From: Convolutriloba macropyga
Lineage: Eukaryota
Length of the DNA: 64,000 nt
Direction of reading: 5' to 3'
NCBI RefSeq assembly: GCF_964194025.1
Contig: NC_134473.1
Span: forward strand, 28,892,001-28,956,000
In this document: piece by piece, positions 1 to 11,400 of the stretch
Layout: the number at the start of each line of letters is the position of its first letter
How positions within the stretch are numbered: position 1 is the stretch's first letter
The notes under the pieces: generated by a model
Seen by the model: only the letters and a program-made list of their open reading frames with translations
Told to the model about the DNA's origin: nothing
Database searches by the model: none
Made by a program: the position numbers and the translations under genes

Positions 1-565
1 GTATGAGACATCACTGCATCGTATATAATTAAAAAGATAACTCTTTAGAGCTGCGTCATGAGAATTGAACTTCTATATAAGCTAATGTTAACATAATTTG
101 ATGAATTCCTTATCAATCACGGCAACAAGATGATAAAGATATGCATCAGTTGTAATCGCAACGATATTCTATTAAAGTTTTACAACCCCGGAAGTCGCCA
201 GTGTCAGAAATTAATACGCTAGAAGGTCCTATATACTTAGCCGGACCTAGAAATTAAAACTGAATAACTCAATATTATCTTCCAGAAAAGTTTCTCAATA
301 TTATCTTCCAGCGGGACCGTCAAACGGGCTGCTTCAGCTGGTCGTGAAAGATAATAATTTCCAACCCAAAACCATCTTTGGTTTTTATTGATGTTTCACT
401 AAGAACGCTAACTTGCTCTGTTACTGGAGATGACAAACGGGGGGGGGGGGGGGGGGCTAAAAAAGCCCATTGAAAGAATTGATATTAGGATTGATCAGCT
501 ACGTCACCACCTCTTGCAAAAACCAAATCAAAAAATTTCCCAGGACTCAGGATCCTGCTATAACA

Positions 566-997
566 TGTTACAGAGGTGAATAAGAAGGAGAAAAGCAACT
601 GAATTTATGAAATGAGGTTTTAATTATGGTCGTTGGTTGTGTTCTTATCAATGGTTAGTTTATCTTGGTTCATTTTTTTACCATTTTTTCTCATCGGTTT
701 GGAATTTTCTCATGTTTAATTTAACCCGCATGTGTTCCTGTTAGTTAAATTAACAGATAACATGTTTACCTGCTTGACGAATCCCCTCAAGAACAAACAT
801 TCCTTGACGTATCCCGTCAAGGTCAAAATCCTTGACGATTCCCATCATATTTTATGATGCTTTTCCTTTTTTGTTAAAATCCGGTTTACTCTTGATTACG
901 ATCTGTTTCTGTTGCTATTATTATAAAATTTTCAAATGGTGTCTGTATTTTGTAATTTACAAGCATGTCATACGTTTTGTTCTTAGGGGTTACTACA
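566..997 (-). repeat. 3' LTR
   Basis: Starts TGTTACAGAGGTGAAT and ends TACTACA; aligns along its length with 5407-5833, with many substitutions and indels. Confidence 0.85.
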
Positions 998-1017
998 CTG
1001 CCTCCCTCTTAAAAAAA
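998..1017 (-). promoter_or_regulatory. Polypurine tract of the LTR element
   Basis: Minus strand reads ...AAGAGGGAGGCAG immediately before TGTAGTAA of the LTR. Confidence 0.7.
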
Positions 1018-1082
1018 TGAGTGTTCCACTCACTCAGAAGCACTCAGAACCAACTTTTAGTCCAAATAGTCTTCTGCTTCTT

Positions 1083-1496
1083 CTATTCCATATCTATCAC
1101 AATGTTTGGGGCTTTCTCGTCCTCCATAATGTTATTCGCCAGTAAAATAATCTTGAAAAGGTCCTCCCGACCACCCTTGCCCGGATGACACAGCAACGAC
1201 AAAGTTCTGAAGTGTTTCAGAATTGTGGTGGTTGTTGCCCCCTGAGGCAGGAACAAAAGCTCATATAGATTTGGAGGACGACTAAAAGGGCATTGTGCAT
1301 TTATTGCTTCCAGACTCCTGTGGATGACCGTTCCTGACGTCTGTTCCGTTTCCACCCTGCTTCTAAGTTTTCTGATATCTTTCTCGGCGTTCTCCAGCTC
1401 CCGAGCTAAACTCTCCCGCTCATCTACCAGAGCGAGAAATTCCTTTGTTTTGCTTTCCGCTTGGTTTTTGCCTCTTCTAATTGTCTGTTCAACATT
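1083..1496 (-). pseudogene. Coiled-coil + DnaJ (J-domain) ORF remnant inside the LTR element
   Basis: Stop-to-stop frame reads ...ERESLARELENAEKDIRKLRSRV...NLYELLFLPQGATTTTILKHFRTLSLLCHPGKGGREDLFKIILLANNIMEDEK. This fits the J-domain pattern (YxxL..A...I...YR.L....HPDK). HPG is one transition (GGC/GAC) from HPD. ORF 1692-1964 is in the same frame upstream, past in-frame stops. Confidence 0.75.
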
Positions 1497-2069
1497 TTAA
1501 CCTGCCTCCTGCAGGACTCCCACTGATTCCCAGCGTTTACTAGTAACTGTTTTGTCTCTATAAGTTGCTCGCGTAACGTTTGACCATCTAGCTTTAACTA
1601 CCAAAGCTCTTCTTTGAGCCGAAACCCTGTAGTTCCCAGCAATTCCGTGTTGTTTCTATTTCACTGCTGCTTTTCAATTTTCCGATGAAGCTCATTCAGC
1701 TTCAGCACACTGGTTTGGTTTCTCTCCACAATATTGGGGAGCTGAAGCTGCATCATTGATACCACATTTTTTTTGGACGTCACTCCGAGAATTCGATAAA
1801 CCAGTTGCCTGACTATTGACTATTCGTACAGTTCGGGTAAGTAGTAGCAGCAGTCTCCAAAATTTGGTTCTGCCATTCCTACGTATTACAAGATATAATA
1901 AAACCCTTGTATCAATTTCAATTCTGGCTATTTCGGGAAGAGATTTAGGCTTTTTTGCTTCCACAATTACAATGTTTGTGTCACCTTCACAAAATTCAAC
2001 TTTGGTCTTTTTTCTTGTCGAATTCTTCTGCCTAGAACGTTGTTTGAGATGACGAAAAATCCCTAATTC

Positions 2070-3880
2070 CCCATTGTATTAATGGTTTGCAGTACAAGTA
2101 CATGATTAGTGCGACTGCGTAGCATAGCTATTGAAAAGAACACCCGCAAGACGCAAACAATGATTTTAAATCTAATAAAAAAATCGGCAAACTAATAGTG
2201 ACCTCCCTGGCCACATGCCAGATTTAATCCACTTACTACCGAAGTAAACAAAAAATAAGATTTTGTGCCACTGGTGCCCGTATCTATGTCAATGTTGAAA
2301 TACTCTAAAGTTTCTCTTCCTGTTACTGTTTTTCTCGAAAGCCTTTACCCTTGGGCTGTCTTGCTAAGTTCAAGGTCATTGTCATTGAAAAGCCCTGCCA
2401 TTGGTGCAGTTCTTGAGCAATTGACGTTAACTTGGTGATTTGGCATGTCATCGCGCTTATCAATCAGTACTAGTCGTAGACCATATGTAATCCATGAACC
2501 GATCTGCAACTCAAGCAAGTGCGTTCGGGTACAAGGGGTTGCCATTCGTTATTGTAAAATTTCTATAGAACATTTAAAAATAGGATCCATGTATCTAATT
2601 CCTTCTGAACTGTTGTCAGAAGACATAATCAATAATTCCTCGGTACAAAACAAACTGTCTATGACAGGGACAAAAACTTTAGCGCACTTATGGACATAGA
2701 GTACTGCTCCCGCTCTTTCAACGTGCAGAGCGTTTTTTTGAATTAAGAAAACTTGCTGTGAGCTTCCATTTTCCAGTGAAGTTAGAATCATATCTCTGCA
2801 ATTTTTTTGTGATAATTTAGTAGCTCTGTTTGATTCAAATTTTTGAACATACCTCAAAAATCCCACACATAGAGTTGATCTAGCTTTGCGTCCCTGAGAT
2901 CTTTTTCAGATAAATCTTTTGGTAAAAAAATTAGGTTCCCTGATTTTCAAGGTTTCATTTGTGTAAAACTGTGTGATTAGTTGCAAAAGTTTCTGTGATT
3001 AGTTGCAAAAAGTTGAAAATCGTCTACCTGTTTGATCTTGTTTTTCATCTGAACCAATAAAATACTTTTTTGTTTAACTTGCTGGTTAAATAACTATTGT
3101 TTTCAGCAATGATTATCTTTGCTGTTGCCGAGTTCGAAAATTTAACTATCGTAAACATATTTGGTTTTGTATTTTTTTTTGTCAAATATATATTGTACTT
3201 GAACTAATTCAAATGTATCTCCCTGATATAAAAAGTTTTCTCTTGTTTCAGAGGGTCTTTAAAATATAACCAAGTTCCTTCAGTGATTTCCTGGTTTCAA
3301 TGAACAAAGTTCCTATGAAGATTTCAGCAATTATCATAATGTTACCATTTTGTTGTTCAATTTTTGAATTGATCCAGTGCAGAGGTTGGAGATAGTCCAC
3401 TCCTTTCTCATCTCCGCATTTCATAAAAGATTTTTAATAAATTCTGAACAAAATCTGAGTCACTTCCTCCACCAACGATCCTAAGTATCTCTATAGAGGC
3501 ACTGAATTCAAAGTCATTGAGTGCCGGTTACAAGACTATGTCCTTGCCATAGTTTTTGGCAGACTGATTCTTTAAAAAGATAAAACATTGTAATCATTTG
3601 TTTTCTCGTTGAGGTATGTTGCATCGTCATATCAACTACTTTTTTTCAGCGCAGTTACAGTATATGCGGCTCTGTAGATGGACTATTTCTATTTACTCAT
3701 GCTGTTCTCACAGTGCATGAGTACTCCTTGGTTTACCTGTTCCTCTTTGATACCAGACATTTTGCTCATGGTCCGTTCAGATATGGCAAATATAGCGTTT
3801 GCAGAATGTTCTCAAAGTCATGCCCCACAATCTCAAAGAATTGAGAAAAACCGAAAATACAAACCAATTGTAGAAGTTTC
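2070..3880 (-). pseudogene. Decayed envelope-like glycoprotein (gB-like/class III, chuvirus-glycoprotein-like)
   Basis: RAGAVLYVHKCAKVFVPVIDSLFCTEELL...RYMDP...C...QIGSW resembles the AGExxYxxKCxxVxV...CYxELPV...P...C...W segment of chuviral/retrotransposon gB-like glycoproteins. A hydrophobic stretch lies near 2100-2200. Position is downstream of the integrase tail. Many stops and frameshifts. Confidence 0.55.
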
Positions 3881-4469
3881 TATTTCAAATGCACGCTCCA
3901 ATTTGAGTTTCATGCCCTCTGCACTTTGTCGTATCACTTTTTTTCAGTAAAAATACGTTATTATCAAATTTTTCCTCTGAATCGTTATCCGTGAATAAAT
4001 AATAGTCTTTCAATTTCCTTAGTCTTGTTAATCCCGACACACTTATTGTTTGATGTCGTTGTTTGCTAACAATCTCCAAAGTAGAAGTCGTGCTTCTAAT
4101 TAGAAATTTTTTGCCTCCACTTCTTTCGAATGTTTTCACCAGGCTATCCTGCCTCTGCAGCGTGGCTACTTTGGTCGCATGTATCTTTGTGCTTATGCTC
4201 TTGTTCTTTGTGTTGGTAGTTATTGATTTGCGTGTACTCCCACCTCATGGTTTTTCAAAAAAATCCGCCTTGAATGTCTCATTGTGGGTTTCATTACTAA
4301 GTTAATTTGACTATTATTCCCTTTGCAATAACTTCTTTTTTTCTGTGTTAGTCAATTTTGGAGTGACTACTTCAGTTTCCACAGAATCGTTGTCTTCTGT
4401 AAAGTCATTTTGAGGTAATCTCGGTTTACTTTTTGCCTTGTTAGTTTCTTTTTTATCAGCGGTAGCACT

Positions 4470-4700
4470 TCTACAGTTAAAACGTTTGATTCGATAAAAG
4501 AGGACATTTTTGTTTTTTTTGTTTTAACTCCTTTAATAACAAAGTTAAGATCGTTGAATATTTCACGTAATACTTGTGGTCCACTATAGAAGGATTTATA
4601 TTTCTTTCCGATTTGGATTTGCTTTCCCGTGCCATTTGATGGCACGTTTCTAGTTCCTCTTTCAAGCAACCAACTTAACCAGTTAAGGTCGGGTAGATTT
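4470..4700 (-). pseudogene. Integrase C-terminal (GPY/F) remnant
   Basis: KKYKSFYSGPQVLREIFNDLNFVIKGVKTKK followed by LFYRIKRFN in another frame; resembles K..P.W.GPY.I......Y.I......VH..RLK.F. Confidence 0.6.
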
Positions 4701-5406
4701 TGGTTTGTATTGTTTGTTCGTTTACAGCATAATTATACCGCATTTTTATGGTTTTGGTTGTTTTCGTTTTGCGCTCGTACACAACTCAAAATAACAACTA
4801 GGACCACAAAAAAATTATTGGTCGAAACTAACAAAACGACCGAAGTGGTGCGCACAATAAGTTATCAACAACAACACAACTGCGCAAAGTTGTTAATTCT
4901 ACCCACTTGATATGTTGTACTCTTTTTCAACACTTTAATTCTCTTTTCCACAAACGAGTAAAAGATAGCTCCCACACGAGTAAAATCTCACCAGGGGTTT
5001 CAATAGGAAACTGATATTCGTAGAAATACGGTACCAGTAACGTATGCGAGAACAATGAAGAGCTGATTTGGATTCTGATTTGTTATCCCTAGTCGTGTTG
5101 TTTTTCAAAAGTTATTTCGGTCCCGATTTGTTTTCTCGAATTAAACTGCGTTTCCTATTTGTCTTCATACCGAAAATTTTTTAAAAAATTGGTTTAGTGT
5201 ATATTAAATCTCTGTTCCCAGTATAATATCCGCGCACTTTATGCTTATACGGTTTTGGTTGGCGGTTTCTTAAAGCACTTTACTTCTCATCTGTAAGCTG
5301 CAGAAAATGTTCCAGATCACAGACTTCATTTAAATTGCGAACTAAAAAATTTCAGTGAATGTTACAGAGTGAAATTAATTATTATTGAAAAAATTTGTAA
5401 AACATT

Positions 5407-5833
5407 TGTTACAGAGGTGAATATGAAGGAGTGTTATTGCTTATGAGAAAATCGTCTACAACTAAGAGTTGAGAATTTAATTACGGTCGTTGGTTGCGGT
5501 TATATCAATGGTTAATATATCTTGATTTTTTTGCCAATTTCTCTAATCGGTTTGAGATTTTCTCATGTTTCTCATACCCGCATGGCTCCCTGTTAGTTAA
5601 ACTAGGAAATAACAGGTTTACCTGCTTGACGAATCCCGTCAGGAACACTTATTCTTTGACGTATCCCGTCAGGGTCAAAATCCGTGATGATCCCCATAAT
5701 TCATGATGCTTTCCTTTTGTTTTGCCTAAATCCGGTATACTCTTGATTACAATCTGTTTCTGATCCTATTACTAGATTTAAAATTTTGGAATGGTGTCTG
5801 TATTTGTACGTTCTGTTCTTTGGGAATACTACA
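5407..5833 (-). repeat. 5' LTR (second LTR copy)
   Basis: TGTTACAGAGGTGAAT...GAATACTACA; homologous to 566-997. Confidence 0.85.
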
Positions 5834-6608
5834 ATCCATCTTTCACGTTGATACATTTTTTTCCACAGGTTTTCCCACCATCAATTTCACAAGTTGTTTT
5901 TGCAAGAATGGAATGTTTTTTCCGGTCATTCTTTTTCAAGAATGATTCGCTCTTCCCTTTTAAGATAAAAAAACGAACTGAGAAAAGAAAAACGAAATTT
6001 ACAAACTATTTAGATCCCGTAGCGCTTTGAAAAAATAGCCAAATGTCAACAAAGAAATATCCATTTCAAAAATCGGAGAAAACAATTTTCTATGGATTGA
6101 ACAGTTAACTACTCTCGAAAGGCTTTCGAATGAGCCTGCTCAGCGCATGCTTTATATGTGTTACATTAATCTCTAGCAAAGATTTGGAAAAAATAATTGG
6201 GATTGCATCAATTCGCATTTGACTGACTGCAATAATTGATTGGGGACCAATTTAATTGCAACAATTGATCAGCAGGGTACAATCAATGGCCAAATAATTC
6301 GGAAAAAAAAAGAACCAACATTCTCCCATTTCAAAAACCTGCAACTAGACAAAGTTTCTAGGTTACGAATTTCTGTCACAGATTGTACAAAGTTTGAAAT
6401 ATCTTCGTGTTGATAAACTTTTTGATTAAGCAAATGAATACTCCAAAGAATATCACTATTTGCGTAACTTTCTGTGTGAGTCAAAACAAAGAAGATATTG
6501 ATAGAAATTCAAATTTAAATGATCAATAATCGCAATTTCTGCAATAATTAATTTTTATGTTTTGATTAAATTAATTCATTGTTCTTCTTTTGTCTATCAA
6601 AATCGAAA

Positions 6609-6735
6609 GAGCACGTGCCAAGTTACAGAGCACGTGCCATTACATGGTAAACCATTATGTAAAAATATGTCACGTGCGTCTGGGGGAGCAAATAAAATGC
6701 GCTCACTAAGGTGGAGGCACAAACGGAAAAGATCC
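6609..6735. mobile_element. Partial GGATC-TIR MITE
   Basis: Right TIR GGCACAAACGGAAAAGATCC and the internal CACGTG-containing core shared with other copies. Confidence 0.75.
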
Positions 6736-7070
6736 CAATTGCAAATAGTTTTTCTAAATCAAGCGACTTAGTTTTTCTGGCAGAAGTAACTTGGAAATTC
6801 CGGCTAAACTTTTCGTGCCAGCCGGTTTTTGGTTTTCCATAAACGCCAGAAGTTCTAAGTCACTTCAAGTAAAGTAGCGTAACCTATGCTTAGAGGAAAC
6901 TAAGTTATCCTCAGAAATAATAATTACATAAAGACGAAGCTGGAAAAGCAAGCCAAATAAAAAATGAGGTCATCAACATTAAACGTAAACTATTAGTTCA
7001 AATTCAACAAATTTGACTTTTGAAACTCAAAAACTATTCTGGTACATTTGAAAGTTTGCCAACCAAAAAA

Positions 7071-7458
7071 AACGAATTTTTGAAATAATTATTTACCGTT
7101 GAAATAACTTTTACAATATTTTATTTACATTTATGACACCAAAATTAATTCGGTCTTCATTCAGGAGTTTTTGAAAATCCTGTGTATTTTGTTTTCTATT
7201 CCTGAAAAAGAATTTTTACTTTCATTTCTCTCTGTTGTTATCCTGATAACAACAGAGAGAATGAAAGTAAAAATTCCTTTTCAACATCCTGATAACAACA
7301 GAGAGAAATGAAAGTAAAATTCCTTTCCAGGAATAGAAAACAAAATACACAGGATTTTCAAAAACTCCTGAATGAAGACTGAATTAATTTTGGTGTCATA
7401 AATGTAAATAAAATATTGTAAATGTTATTTTAACGGTAAATAATTTCCAAAATTCGTT
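7071..7458. repeat. Fold-back palindrome, ~170 bp arms with a duplicated centre
   Basis: 7071-7242 is the reverse complement of ~7291-7458 with few mismatches; 7243-7285 is an extra partial copy of the start of the right arm. Confidence 0.9.
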
Positions 7459-8469
7459 GTTCTTTTAAACCCATTTCTTAGAATTCAATAGATAGAGTCA
7501 TAGACAGGTTTATATACATTTTAAATAATTTTAGTCGATTGTTAACCCTGACGATTAACGCTATGTTCAAAAACGTTCGTTTTTTTAAATCAATTTATTT
7601 TTCAATTTATTTTAAAATTAAATTGACAATTCCTTCTTCTCTGCATCGTGACTTCGTTATTTGTAATCATTGGTCGGGCATTTAATGTTCCGAACCGCAG
7701 TTTTTTAGTAAATCAAAGTCATTTTTTTTAAATACTTAGATATAGAAAAATGTAAGTACATACAAACTCAAGATTGGAAACCAATGATCTACCGCTCCAC
7801 AAAAAGATGCATAGCTTTACAAGTTTATCCTGTTTTTGAGGACAAAAATTCAAATATTCAGACAAAAATCATAGGAAGAAAAATAAACACGATATAATTG
7901 CAACGAATTTCGTGAGCAATCAATAATCACATGGTTGCACAATATCATACCAAAGTTCAAGATTCCTTAATTGCTCAAAGGAAGAGTTTACAATCCGAAA
8001 ACGCGTTTTTTGTAAAAGAAAGTTTCAACACGTCTCCAAGAGCTATGTGCGCTCGTCATGAAAAACTCGTTTCTCCGAAGATAACCCTCACTGAGCTAAA
8101 AACAAAACTGTACACAAAACTGTCCTGGCTGTTTTTAAATAATTTGATTCAGTATCTCATGACAAATTATAAAGAAGAGCAGCCCTGTCGTTTGAGAGTA
8201 ATGTAGGTAAATTTATCAGAAATTTCCTCAGTAATCAATACTAAAAGTGATAGAAAATGAATTAAGTTGCTTCACACTGGTTTCTGTGATTCCCGTTTGG
8301 AAAGTTTTGTCCGACATGAAATATAGTTAAAAAAGCGTTAAATTCAGTAATAAAAAAAGCGTTGAATTCACTATCAATAATTCTTTCTCGCATATGCTCT
8401 CATATTGGGGGTTGTTTAATTAAAACTAAATAAATGATTTATAAACTAAATTAAAAATCATTACGAAAA

Positions 8470-11400
8470 TTACAGTTGCATTGGTTCACTTAGTTACATT
8501 TTCATAATGTGACAATCCTGGAAAATTTCAGACATAAAGCTAATTGGAATAAAAAGAAAACATTTTTACCATTTTTGTTTTTCATTCTGAAATTAGTTTT
8601 CGGCGCTAAAATATTATTTTGGTTGGCGTACCTCAACCGGCAAATTTTTTAAAATATTTTGAAAGAGAGAGAAGAGAGTGAACAAGACTTCAATTCACCA
8701 AGCAAAGGTGTTTGAGTTATCAATTAAGTGAAAGATTAGATCAATTAACATGCGGCTAAATAAAACTGAGATAGTTAAATAATTGCAATTGCGCGCAAAA
8801 AGAAGTAATTTTCCACGAAAGCCACAGTGTGACCTGATAATCCAGGGGAACTACTATGCATATTTCCACATCAAAATTTAAAAAAAAACCGCATAAAAAT
8901 TAAGAAAATTTCAACTTAGTTACATTGATGCACTTAGTTACTTTTTCATAGTTTAACAATCCTGGAAAAAATCAGAAAAAAAGCGAATTGAAATGAAATG
9001 AAAACATTTTCACCATTTTTGTTTTCCCTTCTGAAATTAGATTTCGACGCAAAAATATTATTTTGATTGAATTACCTCAACCGGCAATTTTTCTAAAATA
9101 TTTTGAAAGAGAGAGAAGAGAGTGAAGAAGACTTCAACTTACCAAGAAAAGGTGTTTGAGTTATCAATTAAGTGAGAGACCAGATCCATTAACAGACGGC
9201 TCAATAAAGCTGAGACAGTTAAATAATTGCAGTTGCGCAAAAAAAGAAGTAATTTTCCACAAAAGCCACAGTGTGACCTGACAATCCAGGAATACTACTA
9301 TGCATATTTCCACGTAAAAAATTAAGAAAATTCACTTAGTTACATTTTCATTAAAAAAATTCACTGGGTTTCATTGATTCACTTAGTTTTATTTTCATCC
9401 CATTGCAATTGCGCGAAAAAGGAAGTAATTCTCCACAAAAGCCACAGTGTGACCTGACAATCCAGGAAAACGACTTTGCGTATTTCCACATAAAAAATTA
9501 ACTAAAAATCTGCATAAAAAATTAAGCAAATTCACTTTGTTACATTTTCATTTAAAAAATTTACTCAGTTTCATTGATTCACTTAGTTATATTTTCATAA
9601 TTTAACAATCCTAGAAAAGTTCATAAATAAAGCTAACTGAAATGAAATGAAAACATTTCTAACATTTTTGTTTTCCATTCTGAAATTAGTTTTCGCCGCT
9701 AAAATAATATTTTGTTTGACTTACCTCAACCGGCAATTTCTTTTTAAAAATTTTGAAAGAGAGATAAGAGAGTGAACAAGACTTCAAATTACCAAGAAAA
9801 GGTGTTTGAGTTATCAATTAAGTGAAAGATTAGATCAATTAACATGCGGCTTAATACAGCTGAGACAGTTAAATAATCGCATTTTTTAAAAAATATTTTG
9901 AAAGAGAGAGAAGAGAGTGAACAAGACTTCAATTTACCAAGCAAAGGTGTTTGAGTTATCAATTAAGTGAAAGATTAGATCAATTAACATGCGGCTAAAT
10001 AAAACTGAGATAGTTAAATAATTGCAATTGCGCGCAAAAAGAAGTAATTTTCCACGAAAACCACAGTGTGACCTGATAATCCAGGGGAACTACTATGCAT
10101 ATTTCCACATCAAAATTTAAAAAAAAACCGCATAAAAATTAAGAAAATTTCAACTTGGTTACATTGATGCACTTAGTTACTTTTTCATAGTTTAACAATC
10201 CTGGAAAAAATCAGAAAAAAAGCGAATTGAAATGAAATGAAAACATTTTCACCATTTTTGTTTTCCCTTCTGAAATTAGATTTCGACGCAAAAATATTAT
10301 TTTGTTTGAATTACCTCAACCGGCAATTTTTCTAAAATATTTTGAAAGAGAGAGAAGAAAGTGAAGAAGACTTCAACTTACCAAGAAAAGGTGTTTGAGT
10401 TATCAATTAAGTGAGAGACCAGATCCATTAACAGACGGCTCAATAAAGCTGAGACAGTTAAATAATTGCAGTTGCGCAAAAAAAGAAGTAATTTTCCACA
10501 AAAGCCACAGTGTGACCTGACAATCCAGGAATACTACTATGCATATTTCCACATAAAAATTTAAGAAAATTCACTTAGTTACATTTTCATTAAAAAAATT
10601 CACTGGGTTTCATTGATTCACTTAGTTTTATTTTCATCCCATTGCAATTGCGCGAAAAAGGAAGTAATTCTCCACAAAAGCCACAGTGTGACCTGACAAT
10701 CCAGGAAAACGACTTTGCGTATTTCCACATAAAAAATTAACTAAAAATCTGCATAAAAAATTAAGCAAATTCACTTAGTTACATTTTCATTTAAAAAATT
10801 TACTCAGTTTCATTGATTCACTTAGTTATATTTTCATAATTTAACAATCCTAGAAAAGTTCATAAATAAAGCTAACTGAAATGAAATGAAAACATTTTTA
10901 ACATTTTTGTTTTCCATTCTGAAATTAGTTTTCGCCGCTAAAATAATATTTTGTTTGACTTACCTCAACCGGCAATTTCTTTTTAAAAATTTTGAAAGAG
11001 AGATAAGAGAGTGAACAAGACTTCAAATTACCAAGAAAAGGTGTTTGAGTTATCAATTAAGTGAAAGATTATATCAATTAACATACGGCTCAATAAAACT
11101 TGAGACAGTAAAGGCTCAATAAAGCTTTAAATATTTTGAAAGAGACAGAAGAGAGTGAACAAGACTTCAACTTACCAAGAAAAGGTGATTGAGTTGGCAA
11201 TTAGATGAGAGATTAGATCCATTAACACACGGCTCAATAAAGCTGAGACAGTTAAATAATTGCAATTGCGCGAAAAAAGAAGTAATTTTTCACAAAAGCC
11301 ACAGTGACCTGACAATCCAGGAAAACGACTATGCATATATCCACAAAAAAAATTAACTAAAAATCTGCATAAAAAAATTAGGAAAATTCACTTAGTTACA

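Larger units (their letters stand above)
566..5833 (-). mobile_element. Decayed, internally deleted env-bearing LTR retrotransposon (Gypsy-like integrase tail; gag/RT not seen)
   Basis: Two related direct repeats of ~430 bp (566-997 and 5407-5833), both TGTTAC...TACA. A purine tract lies on the minus strand next to the left LTR. Integrase-tail, env-like and J-domain remnants lie between them. No matching TSD or PBS is visible. Confidence 0.75.

Noticed and set aside
268-312. 18-bp direct repeat CTCAATATTATCTTCCAG
   Set aside because: A small local slippage duplication with no associated element.
439-457. Poly-G run as a functional G-quadruplex element
   Set aside because: A simple homopolymer; similar G/C runs occur in MITE cores, and nothing else supports function.
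1083-1355. J-domain ORF as a functional host dnaJ gene
   Set aside because: It lies inside an LTR element, has HPG instead of HPD, has no ATG start and has upstream in-frame stops.
561-5838. TSD and tRNA primer-binding site for the LTR element
   Set aside because: Flanks TAACA and ATCCA do not match, and no TGG-initiated PBS is visible next to 5407.
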